Shown: positions 1 through 15,000 of the stretch, piece by piece
Layout of the letters: every line of letters begins with the position of its first letter
Numbering within the stretch: position 1 is the first letter of the stretch
Source: Eledone cirrhosa
Lineage: Eukaryota
Length of the DNA: 64,000 nucleotides
Assembly (NCBI GenBank): GCA_964016885.1
Contig: OZ024740.1
Span: 38,688,001 to 38,752,000, forward strand
Reading direction: 5' to 3'
Translations under genes and position numbers: made by a program
The notes under the pieces: model-generated
What the model was told of the DNA's origin: nothing
The model's database searches: none
What the model saw: only the letters and a program-made list of their open reading frames with translations

Positions 1-3000
1 ATAACATATATACCATCTCTTGTCATTTATAAGTGTTAACAGTAGAACTACTGGCAATACTATAACATAAACACCATCACTTGTAATTAACAAGGGTTAA
101 CAGTAGAACTACTGGCAATACTATATCATATACACCATCTATTTTCATTAAGAGGGTTAACAGTAGAACTACTGGCAATACTATAAGATATACACCATCC
201 TTTGTCATTAAGAAGTGTTAACAGTAGAACTACTGTCAATACTATAACATATATACCATCTCTTGTCATTAAGAAAGGTTAACAGTAGGACTACTAGCAA
301 TACTATAAAATATACACCATCTCTTGTCATTAATAAGGGTTAACAGTAGATGCACTGGAAATACTATAACATATACACCATCTCTTGTCATTAATAAGGG
401 TTAACAGTAGAACTACTAGCAATACTATAACATATATACCATCTCTTGTCATTAACAAGGGTTAACAGTAGAACTACTGGCAATACTATAATATATACAC
501 CATCTCTTGTCATTAATAAGGGTTAACAGTAGAACTACTGGCAATACTATAACATATATACCATCGCTTGTCATTTACAAGAGTTAACAGTAGAACTACT
601 GGCTATACTATAACATATATACCATCTCTTGTCATTAACAAGGGTTAACAGTAGAACTACTGGCAATACTATAACGTATACACCATCTCTTGTCATTAAG
701 AAGGGTTAACATTAGAACTACTGGTAATACTATAACATATATACCATCTCTTGTCATTAACAAGGGTTAACAGTAGAACTACTGGCAACACTATAACATA
801 TACACCATCTCTTGTCATTAAAAGGGTTAACAGTAGAACGACTGGCAATACATATACACCATCTCTTGTCATTAACAAGGGTTAACAGTAGAACTATTCG
901 CAATACTATAACATATACACCATCTCTTGTCATTAAGAAGGGTTAATAGTAGAAATACTGGCAATACTATAACATATACACTATCTCTTGTCATTAAGAA
1001 GGGTTAACAGTAGAACTACTGGCAATACTATAACATATACACCATCTAGAACTATTGGCAATACTATAAAATATACACCATCTCTTGTCATTAAGAAGGG
1101 TTAACAGTAGAACTACTGGCACTACTATAACATATATACCATCTCTTGTCCGTAACAAGGGTTAACAGTAGAACTCCTGGCAATACTATAACATATACAC
1201 CATCTCTTGTCATTAAGAAGGGTTAACAGTAGAACTACAGGCAATACTATCACATATACACTATCTTTTGTCATTAACAAGGGTTAACAGTGGAACTATT
1301 CGCAATACTATAACATATACAGCATCTCTTGTCATTAAGAAGGGTTAACAGTAGAACTACTGGCAATACTATAACATATACACCTTCTCTTGACATGAAG
1401 AAGGGCTAACAGTAGAACTACTGGCAATACTATAACTTATACACCATATCTTGTCATTAACAAGGGTTAACAGTAGAACTATTCGCAATACTATAACATA
1501 TACACCATCTCTTGTCATTAACAAGGGTTAACAGTAGAACTACTGGCAATACTATAAAATATACACCATCTCTTGTCATTAAGAATGGTTAACAGTAGAA
1601 CTACTTGCAATACTATGACATATACACCATCTCTTTTCATTAACAAGGGTTAACAGTAGAACTACTGGCAATACTATAAGACATACACCATCTCTTGTCA
1701 TTATCAAGAGTTAACAGTAGAACTACTGTCAATACTATAATATATACACCATCTCTTGTCATTAAGAAGGGATAACAGTAGAACTACTGACAATACTATA
1801 ACATATCCACCATCCCTTGTCATTAAGAAGTATTAACCGTAGAACTACTGGCAATACTATAACATATACACCATCTCTTGTTATTAAGAAGGGTTAACAG
1901 TAGAACTACTGGCAATACTATAACATATACACCATCTTTTGTCATTAAGAAGTGTTAACAGTAGAACTACTGGCAATACTATAACCTATACACCATCTCT
2001 TGTCATTAAGAAAGGTTAACAGTAGAACTACTAGCAATACTATAACATATACACCATCTCTTGTCATTAAGAAGGGTTAACAGTAGATCTACTGGCAATA
2101 CTATAACATATACACCATCTCTTGTCATTAAGAAGGGTTAACATTAGAACTACTGGCAATACTATAGCATATATACCATCGCTTGTCATTAACAAGAGTT
2201 AACAGTAGAAACTACTGGCAATACTATAAAATATACATCATCTCTTGTCATTAACAAGGGTTAACAGTAGAACTACTGGCTATACTATAACATATATACC
2301 ATCTCTTGTCATTAACAAGGGTTAACAGTAGAACTACTGGCAATACTATAACATATACACCATCTCTTGTCATTAAGAAGGGTTAACAGTAGAACTATTG
2401 GCAATACTATAACATATACACCATCTCTTGTCATTAAGAAGGGTTAACATTAGAACTACTGGTAATACTGTAACATATATACCATCTCTTGTCATTAACA
2501 AGGCTTAACAGTAGAACTACTGGGAATACTATAAAATATACACCATCTCTTGTCATTAAGAAGGGTTAACAGTAGAACTATTGGCAATACTATAACATAT
2601 ACACCATCTCTTGTCATTAAGAAGGGTTAACATTAAAACTACTGGTAATATTATAACATATATACCATCACTTGTCATTAACAAGGGTTAACAGTAGAAC
2701 TACTGGGAATACTATATAATATACACCATCTCTTGTCATTAACAAGGGTTAACAGTAGAACTACTGGCAATACTATAACATATATACCATCTCTTGTCAT
2801 TAACAAGTGTTAACAGTAGAACTACTGGCAATAATATAACATAAACACCATCTCTTGTCATTAACAAGAGTTAACAGTAGAACTACTGGCAATACTATAA
2901 CATATACACCATCTCTTGTCATTAAGAAGGGTTAACAGTATAACTACTGGAAATAATATAACATATACACCATCCTTTGTCATTAAGAAGGGTTAACAGT

Positions 3001-6000
3001 AGAACTACTGGCAATACTATAACATATACACCATCTCTTGTCATTAAGAAAGGTTAACAGTAGAACTACTAGCAATACTATAACATATACACCATCTGTT
3101 GTCATTAAGAAGGGTTAACAGTAGATCTACTGGCAATACTATAACATATACACCATCTCTTGTCATTAATAAGGGTTAACAGTAGAACTACTAGCAATAC
3201 TATAACATATATACCATCTCTTGTCATTAAGAAGGGTTAACAGTAGAACTACCGGCAATACTATAACATATACACCATCTCTTGTCATTAATAAGGGTTA
3301 ACAGTAGAACTACTGGCAATACTATAACATATATACATCGCTTGTCATTAACAAGAGTTAACAGTAGAACTACTGGCAATACTATAACATATACACCATC
3401 TCTTGTCATTAAGAAGGGTTAACAGTAGAGCTATTGGTAATACTATAACATATACACCATCTCTTGTCATTAAGAATGGTTAACAGTAGAACTATTTGCA
3501 ATACTATGACATATACACCTTCTCTTTTCATTAACAAGTGTTAACAGTAGAACTACTGGCATTACTATAAGATATACACCATCTCTTGTCATTAACAAGA
3601 GTTAACAGTAGAATTAGTGTCAATACTATAACATATACACCATCTCTTGTCATTAAGAAGTGTTAACCGTAGAACTACTGGCAATACTATAACATATACA
3701 CCATCTCTTGTCATTAAGAAAGGTTAACAGTAGAACTACTAGCAATACTATAACATATACACCATCTGTTGTCATTAAGAAGGGTTAACAGTAGATCTAC
3801 TGGCAATACTATAACATATACACCATCCTCTGTCATTAAGAAGGGTTAACAGTAGAACTACTGGCAATACTATAACATATACACCATCTCTTGTCATTAA
3901 GAAAGGTTAACAGTAGAACTACTAGCAATACTATAACATATACACCATCTGTTGTCATTAAGAAGGGTTAACAGTAGATCTACTGGCAATACTATAACAT
4001 ATACACCATCTCTTGTCATTAATAAGGGTTAACAGTAGAACTACTAGCAATACTATAACATATATACCATCTCTTGTCATTAAGAAGGGTTAACAGTAGA
4101 ACTACCAGCAATACTATAACATATACACCATCTCTTGTCATTAATAAGGGTTAACAGTAGAACTACTGGCAATACTATAACATATATACCATCGCTTGTC
4201 ATTAACAAGAGTTAACAGTAGAACTACTGGCAATACTATAAAATATACACCATCTCTTGTCATTAAGAAGGGTTAACAGTAGAGCTATTGGCAATACTAT
4301 AACATATACACCATCTCTTGTCATTAAGAAGGGTTAACAGTAGAACTACTTCCAATACTATGACATATACACCATCTCTTTTCATTAACAAGGGTTAACA
4401 GTAGAACTACTGGCAATACTATAAGACATACACCATCTCTTGTCATTAACAAGAGTTAACAGTAGAACTACTGTCAATACTATAATATATATACCATCTC
4501 TTGTCATTAAGAAGGGATAACAGTAGAACTACTGACAATACTATAACATATGCACCATCCCTTGTCATTAAGAAGTGTTAACCGTAGAACTACTGGCAAT
4601 ACTATAACATATACACCATCTTTTGTCATTAAGAAGTGTTAACACTAGAACTACTGGCAATACTATGACATATACACCATCTCTTGTCATTAAAAGGGTT
4701 AACAGTAGAACTACTGGCAATACTATAACATATACACCATCTCTTGTCATTAACAAGGGTTAATAGTAGAACTGCTGGCAATACTATAACGTATAAACCA
4801 TCTCTTGTCATTAAGAAGGGTTAACAGTAGAACGACTGGCAATACATATATACCATCTCTTGTCATTAACAAGAATTAACAGTAGAACTACTGTCAATAC
4901 TATAACATATACACCATCTAGAACTATTGGCAATACTATAAAGTATACACCATCTCTCGTCATTAAGAAGGGTTAACAGTAGAACTACTGGCACTACTAT
5001 AACATATATACCATCTCTTGTCAGTAACAAGGGTTAACAGTGGAACTATTAGCAATACTATAACATATACACCATCTCTTGTCATTAAGAAGGGTTAACA
5101 GTAGAACTACTGGCAATACTATAACATATACACCATCTCTTGTCATTAAGAAGGGTTAATAGTAGAAATACTGGCAATTCTATAACATATACACTATCTC
5201 TTGTCATTAAGAAGGGTTAACAGTAGAACTACTGCCAATACTATAACATATACACCATCTAGAACTATTGGCAATACTATAAAGTATACACCATCTCTCG
5301 TCATTAAGAAGGGTTAACAGTAGAACTACTGGCACTACTATAACATATATACCATCTCTTGTCAGTAACAAGGGTTAACAGTAGAACTACTGGCACTACT
5401 ATAACATATATACCATCTCTTGTCATTAACAAGGGTTAACAGTGGAACTATTAGCAATACTATAACATATACACCATCTCTTGTCATTAAGAATGGTTAA
5501 CAGTAGAACTACTGGCAATACTATAACATATACACCATCTCTTGACATTAAGAAGGGTTAACAGTAGAACTACTGGCAATACTATAACTTATACACCATA
5601 TCTTGTCATTAACAAGGGTTAACAGTAGAACTATCTGCAATACTATAACATATACACCATCTCTTGTCATTAACAAGGGTTAACAGTAGAACTACTGGCA
5701 ATACTATAAAATATACACCATCTCTTGTCATTAACAAGGGTTAACAGTAGAACTACTGGCAATACTATAACATATATACCATCTCTTGTAATTAACAAGG
5801 GTTAACAGTAGAACTACGGACAATACTATAAGATATACACCATCTCTTGTCATTAACAAGAGTTAACCGTAGAACTACTGTCAATACTATAACATATATA
5901 CCATCTCTTGTCATTAAGAAGGGTTAACAGTATAACTACTGGAAATACTATAACATATACACCATCTCTTGTCATTAAGAATGGTTAACAGTAGAACTAC

Positions 6001-9000
6001 TGGCAATACTATAACATATATACCGTCTCTTGTCATTAAGAAGGGTTAACAGTATAACTGCTGGAAATACTATAACATATACACCATCTCTTGTTATTAA
6101 GAATGGTTCACAGTAGAACTACTTGCAATACTATGACACATACACCATCTCTTGTCATTAAGAAGGGTTAACAGTAGAACTACTGGCAATACTATAAGAT
6201 ATACACCATCTCTTGTCATTAACAAGAATTAACAGTAGAACTACTGTCAATACTATAACATATACACCATCTCTTGTCATTAAAAAGGGTTAACTGTAGA
6301 ACTACTTGCAACAATATAACATATACACCATCTCTTGTCATTAAAAGGGTTAACAGTAGAACTACTGGCAATACTATAACATATACACCATCTCTTGTCA
6401 TTAACAAGGGTTAACAGTAGAACTGCTGGCAATACTATAACATATAAACCATCTCTTGTCATTAAGAAGGGTTAACAGTAGAACGACTGGCAATACATAT
6501 ATACCATCTCTTGTCATTAACAAGGGTTAACAGTAGAACTATTCGCAATACTATAACATATACACCATCTCTTGTCATTAAGAAGGGTTAATAGTAGAAA
6601 TACTGGCAATACTATAACATATACACTATCTCTTGTCATTAAGAAGGGTTAACAGTAGAACTACTGGCAATACTATAACATATACACCATCTAGAACTAT
6701 TTGCAATACTATAAAATATACACCATCTCTCGTCATTAAGAAGGGTTAACAGTAGAACCACTGGCACTACTATAACATATATACCATCTCTTGTCAGTAA
6801 CAAGGGTTAACAGTAGAACTACTGGCAATACTATAACATATACACCATCTCTTGTCATTAAGATGGGTTAACAGTAGAGCTATTGGTAATACTATAACAT
6901 ATACACCATCTCTTGTCATTAAGAATGGTTAACAGTAGAACTATTTGCAATACTATGACATATACACCTTCTCTTTTCATTAACAAGTGTTAACAGTAGA
7001 ACTACTGGCATTACTATAAGATATACACCATCTCTTGTCATTAACAAGAGTTAACAGTAGAATTAGTGTCAATACTATAACATATACACCATCTCTTGTC
7101 ATTAAGAAGTGTTAACCGTAGAACTACTGGCAATACTATAACATATACACCATCTCTTGTCATTAAGAAGGGTTAACAGTAGAACTACTTGCAATACTAT
7201 AACATATACACCATCCTCTGTCATTAAGAAGGGTTAACAGTAGAACTACTGGCAATACTATAACATATACACCATCTCTTGTCATTAAGAAAGGTTAACA
7301 GTAGAACTACTAGCAATACTATAACATATACACCATCTGTTGTCATTAAGAAGGGTTAACAGTAGATCTACTGGCAATACTATAACATATACACCATCTC
7401 TTGTCATTAATAAGGGTTAACAGTAGAACTACTAGCAATACTATAACATATATACCATCTCTTGTCATTAAGAAGGGTTAACAGTAGAACTACCAGCAAT
7501 ACTATAACATATACACCATCTCTTGTCATTAATAAGGGTTAACAGTAGAACTACTGGCAATACTATAACATATATACCATCGCTTGTCATTAACAAGAGT
7601 TAACAGTAGAACTACTGGCAATACTATAAAATATACACCATCTCTTGTCATTAAGAAGGGTTAACAGTAGAGCTATTGGCAATACTATAACATATACACC
7701 ATCTCTTGTCATTAAGAAGGGTTAACAGTAGAACTACTTCCAATACTATGACATATACACCATCTCTTTTCATTAACAAGGGTTAACAGTAGAACTACTG
7801 GCAATACTATAAGACATACACCATCTCTTGTCATTAACAAGAGTTAACAGTAGAACTACTGTCAATACTATAATATATATACCATCTCTTGTCATTAAGA
7901 AGGGATAACAGTAGAACTACTGACAATACTATAACATATGCACCATCCCTTGTCATTAAGAAGTGTTAACCGTAGAACTACTGGCAATACTATAACATAT
8001 ACACCATCTTTTGTCATTAAGAAGTGTTAACACTAGAACTACTGGCAATACTATAACATATACACCATCTGTTGTCATTAAGAAAGGTTAACAGTAGAAC
8101 TACTAGCAATACTATAACATATACACCATCTCTTGTCATTAAAAGGGTTAACAGTAGAACTACTGGCAATACTATAACATATACACCATCTCTTGTCATT
8201 AACAAGGGTTAACAGTAGAACTGCTGGCAATACTATAACATATAAACCATCTCTTGTCATTAAGAAGGGTTAACAGTAGAACGACTGGCAATACATATAT
8301 ACCATCTCTTGTCATTAACAAGAATTAACAGTAGAACTACTGTCAATACTATAACATATACACCATCTAGAACTATTGGCAATACTATAAAGTATACACC
8401 ATCTCTCGTCATTAAGAAGGGTTAACAGTAGAACTACTGGCACTACTATAACATATATACCATGTCTTGTCAGTAACAAGGGTTAACAGTGGAACTATTA
8501 GCAATACTATAACATATACACCATCTCTTGTCATTAAGAAGGGTTAACAGTAGAACTACTGGCAATACTATAACATATACACCATCTCTTGTCATTAAGA
8601 AGGGTTAATAGTAGAAATACTGGCAATTCTATAACATATACACTATCTCTTGTCATTAAGAAGGGTTAACAGTAGAACTACTGGCAATACTATAACATAT
8701 ACACCATCTAGAACTATTGGCAATACTATAAAGTATACACCATCTCTCGTCATTAAGAAGGGTTAACAGTAGAACTACTGGCACTACTATAACATATATA
8801 CCATCTCTTGTCAGTAACAAGGGTTAACAGTAGAACTACTGGCACTACTATAACATATATACCATCTCTTGTCATTAACAAGGGTTAACAGTGGAACTAT
8901 TAGCAATACTATAACATATACACCATCTCTTGTCATTAAGAAGGGTTAACAGTAGAACTACTGGCAATACTATAACATATACACCATCTCTTGACATTAA

Positions 9001-12000
9001 GAAGGGTTAACAGTAGAACTACTGGCAATACTATAACTTATACACCATATCTTGTCATTAACAAGGGTTAACAGTAGAACTATCTGCAATACTATAACAT
9101 ATACACCATCTCTTGTCATTAACAAGGGTTAACAGTAGAACTACTGGCAATACTATAAAATATACACCATCTCTTGTCATTAACAAGGGTTAACAGTAGA
9201 ACTACTGGCAATACTATAACATATATACCATCTCTTGTAATTAACAAGGGTTAACAGTAGAACTACGGACAATACTATAAGATATACACCATCTCTTGTC
9301 ATTAACAAGAGTTAACCGTAGAACTACTGGAAATACTATAACATATATACCATCTCTTGTCATTAAGAAGGGTTAACAGTATAACTACTGGAAATACTAT
9401 AACATATACACCATCTCTTGTCATTAAGAATGGTTAACAGTAGAACTACTGGCAATACTATAACATATATACCGTCTCTTGTCATTAAGAAGGGTTAACA
9501 GTATAACTGCTGGAAATACTATAACATATACACCATCTCTTGTTATTAAGAATGGTTCACAGTAGAACTACTTGCAATACTATGACACATACACCATCTC
9601 TTGTCATTAAGAAGGGTTAACAGTAGAACTACTGGCAATACTATAAGATATACACCATCTCTTGTCATTAACAAGAATTAACAGTAGAACTACTGTCAAT
9701 ACTATAACATATACACCATCTCTTGTCATTAAAAAGGGTTAACTGTAGAACTACTTGCAACAATATAACATATACACCATCTCTTGTCATTAAAAGGGTT
9801 AACAGTAGAACTACTGGCAATACTATAACATATACACCATCTCTTGTCATTAACAAGGGTTAACAGTAGAACTGCTGGCAATACTATAACATATAAACCA
9901 TCTCTTGTCATTAAGAAGGCTTAACAGTAGAACGACTGGCAATACATATATACCATCTCTTGTCATTAACAAGGGTTAACAGTAGAACTATTCGCAATAC
10001 TATAACATATACACCATCTCTTGTCATTAAGAAGGGTTAATAGTAGAAATACTGGCAATACTATAACATATACACTATCTCTTGTCATTAAGAAGGGTTA
10101 ACAGTAGAACTACTGGCAATACTATAACATATACACCATCTAGAACTATTGGCAATACTATAAAATATACACCATCTCTCGTCATTAAGAAGGGTTAACA
10201 GTAGAACTACTGGCACTACTATAACATATATACCATCTCTTGTCAGTAACAAGGGTTAACAGTAGAACTACTGGCAATACTATAACATATACACCATCTC
10301 TTGTCATTAAGAAGGGTTAACAGTAGAACTACAGGCAATACTATCACATATACACTATCTCTTGTCATTAACAAGGGTTAACAGTGGAACTATTAGCAAT
10401 ACTATAACATATACACCATCTCTTGTCATTAAGAAGGGTTAACAGTAGAACTACTGGCAATACTATAACATATACACCATCTCTTGACATTAAGAATGGT
10501 TAACAGTAGAACTACTGGCAATACTATAACTTATACACCATATCTTGTCATTAACAAGGGTTAACAGTAGAACTACTGGCAATACTATAAAATATACACC
10601 ATCTCTTGTCATTAAGAATGGTTAACAGTAGAACTACTTGCAATACTATGACATATACACCATCTCTTTTCATTAACAAGGGTTAACAGTAGAACTACTG
10701 GCAATACTATAAGATATACACCATCTCTTGTCCTTAGCAAGAGTTAACAGTAGAACTACTGTCAATACTATAACATATACACCATCTCTTGTCATTAAGA
10801 AGGGTTAACATTAGAATTACTGGCAATACTATAACATATACACCATCTCTTGTCATTAATAAGGGTTAACAGTAGAACTACTGGCAATACTATAACATAT
10901 ATACGATCGCTTGTCATTAAGAAGGGTTAACAGTAGAACTACTGGCAATACTATAACATATATACCACCGCTTGTCATTAACAAGAGTTAACAGTAGAAA
11001 CTACTGGCAATACTATAAAAGATACATCATCTCTTGTCATTAACAAGGGTTAACAGTAGAACTACTGGCAATACTATAACATATACACCATCTCTTGTCA
11101 TTAAGAAGGGTTAACAGTAGAACTATTGGCAATACTATAACATATACACCATCTCTTGTCATTAAGAAGGGTTAACAGTATAACTACTGGAAATACTATA
11201 ACATATACACCATCTCTTGTCATTAAAAAGAATTAACAGTAGAACTACTGTCAATACTATAACATATACACCATCTCTTGTCATTAAGAAGGGTTAACAG
11301 AAGAACTACTGGCAATACTATAATATATCCACCATCCCTTGTTATTAAGAAGTGTTAGCCGTACAACTACTGGCAATACTATAAGATATACACCATCTCT
11401 TGTCATTAAGAAGAGTTAACAGTAGAACTACTGGCAATACTATAACATATACACCATCTTTTGTCATTAAGAAGGGTTAACAGTAGAACTATTGGCAATA
11501 CTATAACATATACACCATCTCTTGTCATTAAGAAGGGTTAACAGTAGAACTATTGGCAATACTATAACATATATACCATCTCTTTTCATTAACAAGTGTT
11601 AACAGTAGAACTACTGGCAATACTATAACATAAACAGCATCTCTTGTCATTAACAAGAGTTAACAGTAGAACTACTGGCAATACTATAACATATATACCA
11701 TCTCTTGTCATTAAGAAGGGTTAACAGAAGAACTACTGGAAATACTATAACATATACACCATCTCTTGTCATTAAGAATGGTTAACAGTAGAACTATTTG
11801 CAATACTATGACATATACACCATCTCTTGTCATTAAGAAGGGTTAACAGTAGAACTACTGGCAATACTATAACATATACACCATCTCTTGTCATTAATAA
11901 GGGTTAACAGTAGAACTACTAGCAATACTATAACATATATACCATCTCTTGTCATTAACAAGGGTTAACATTAGAACTACTGGCAATACTATAACATATA

Positions 12001-15000
12001 CACCATCTCTTGTCATTAACAAGAGTTAACATTAGAACTACTGGCAATACTATAACATATACACCATCTCTTGTCATTAAGAAGGGTTAACAGTAGAGCT
12101 ATTGGCAATACTATAACATATACACCATCTCTTGTCATTAAGAAGGGTTAACATTATAACTACTGGTAATACTATAACATATATACCATCTCTTGTCATT
12201 AACAAGGGTTAACAGTAGAACTACTGGCAACACTATAACATATACACCATCTCTTGTCATTAAAAGGGTTAACAGTAGAACTACTGGCAATACTATAACA
12301 TATACACCATCTCTTGTCATTAACAAGGGTTAACAGTAGAACTGCTGGCAATACTATAACATATAAACCATCTCTTGTCATTAAGAAGGGTTAACAGTAG
12401 AACGACTGGCAATACATATATACCATCTCTTGTCATAAACAAGGGTTAACAGTAGAACTACTGTCAATACTATAACATATACACCATCTCTTGTCATTAA
12501 GAATGGTTAACAGTAGAACTACTGGCAATACTATAACATATCCACCATCCCTTCTCATTAAGAAGTGTTAACCGTAGAACTACTGGCAATATTATAACAT
12601 ATACACCATCTCTTGTCATTAAGAAGGGTTAACAGTAGAACTACTGGCAATACTATAACATATACACCATCTTTTGTCATTAAGAAGGGTTAACAGTAGA
12701 ACTACTGGCAATACTATAACATATACACCATTTATTGTCATTAAGAAAGTTTAACAGTAGAACTACTAGCAATACTATAACATATACACCATCTCTTGTC
12801 ATTAAGAAGGGTTAACAGTAGATCTACTGGCAATACTATAACATATACACCACCTCTTGTCATTAATAAGGGTTAACAGTAGAACTACTAGCAATACTAT
12901 AACATATATACCATCTCCTGTCATTAACAAGGGTTAACATTAGAACTACTGGCAATACTATAAGATATACACCATCTCTTGTCATTAATAAGGGTTAACA
13001 GTAGAACTACTGGCAATACTATAACATAAATACCATCGCTTGTCATTAAGAAGGGTTAATAGTAGAACTACTGGCAATACTATAACATATAAACCATCTC
13101 TTGTCATCAATAAAGGTTAACAGTAGAACTACTGGCAATACTATAACATATATACCATCGCTTGTAATTAACAAGAGTTAACAGTAGAACTACTGGCAAT
13201 ACTATAACATATAAACCATCTCTTGTCATTAATAATGGTTAACAGTAAAACTACTGGCAATACTGTAACATATACACCATCTCTTTTTGTTAACAAGAGT
13301 TAACAGTAGAACTACTGGCAATACTATAAAATAAACACCATCTCTTGTCATTAACAAGGGTCAACAGTAGAACTACTGGCTATACTATAACATATATACA
13401 ATCTCTTGTCATTAACAAGGGTTAACAGTAGAACTACTGGCAACACTATAACATATACACCATCTCTTGTCATTAAGAAGGGTTAACAGTAGCACGACTG
13501 GCAATACATATATACCATCTCTTGTCATTAACAAGGGTTAACAGTAGAACTATTCGCAATACTATAACATATACACCATCTCTTGTCATTAAGAAGGGTT
13601 AACAGTAGAACTACTGGCAATACTATAACATATACTCCATCTCTTGTCATTAAGAAGGGTTAACAATAGAACTACAGGCAATACTGTCACATATACACCA
13701 TATCTTGTCATTAACAAGGGTTAACAGTAGAACTATTCGCAATACTATAACATATACACCATCTCTTGTCATTAACAAGGGTTAACAGTAGAACTACTGG
13801 CAATACTATAAAATATACACCATCTCTTGTCATTAACAAGGGTTAACAGTAGAACTACTGGCAATACTATAACATATATACCATCTCTTGTCATTAACAA
13901 GTGTTAACAGTAGAACTACTGGCAATACTATAACATATACACCATCTCTTGTCATTAAGAAGGGTTAACAGTAGAACTACTGGCAATACTATAACATAAA
14001 CACCATCTCTTGACATTAAGAAGGGTTAACAGTAGAACTACTGGCAATACTATAATTTATACACCATATCTTGTCATTAAGAAGGGTTAACAGTAGAACT
14101 ACAGGCAATACTATAATTTATACACAATATCTTGTCATTAACAAGTGTTAACAGTAGAACTGCTGGCAATACTATAACATATAAACCATCTCTTGTCATT
14201 AAGAAGGGTTAACAGTAGAACGACTGGCAATACATATATACAATCTCTTGTCATTAACAAGGGTTAACAGTAGAACTATTCGCAATAATATAACATATAC
14301 ACCATCTCTTGTCATTAAGAAGGGTTAACAGTAGAAATACTGGCAATACTATAACATATACACTATCTCTTGTCATTAAGAAGGGTTAACAGTAGAACTA
14401 CTGGCAATACTATAACATATACACCATCTAGAACTATTGGCAATACTATAAAATATACACCATCTCTTGTCATTAAGAAGGGTTAACAGTAGAACTACTG
14501 GCAATACTATAACATATACACCATCTCTTGACATTAAGAAGGGTTAACAGTAGAACTACTGGCAATACTATAACTTATACACCATATCTTGTCATTAACA
14601 AGGGTTAACAGTGGAACTATTCGCAATACTATAACATATACACCATCTCTTGTCATTAAGAAGGGTTAACAGTAGAACTACTGGCAATACTATAACATAT
14701 ACACCATCTCTTGACATTAAGAAGGGTTAACAGTAGAACTACTGGCAATACTATAACTTATACACCATATCTTGTCATTAACAAGGGTTAACAGTAGAAC
14801 TATTCGCAATACTATAACATATACACCATCTCTTGTCATTAACAAGGATTAACAGTAGAACTACTGGCAATACTATAAAATATACACCATCTCTAGTCAT
14901 TAAGAAGGGTTAACAGTAGAACTACTGGCTATACTATAACATATATACCACCTCTTGTAATTAACAAGGGTTAACAGTAGAACTACTGGCAATACTATAA

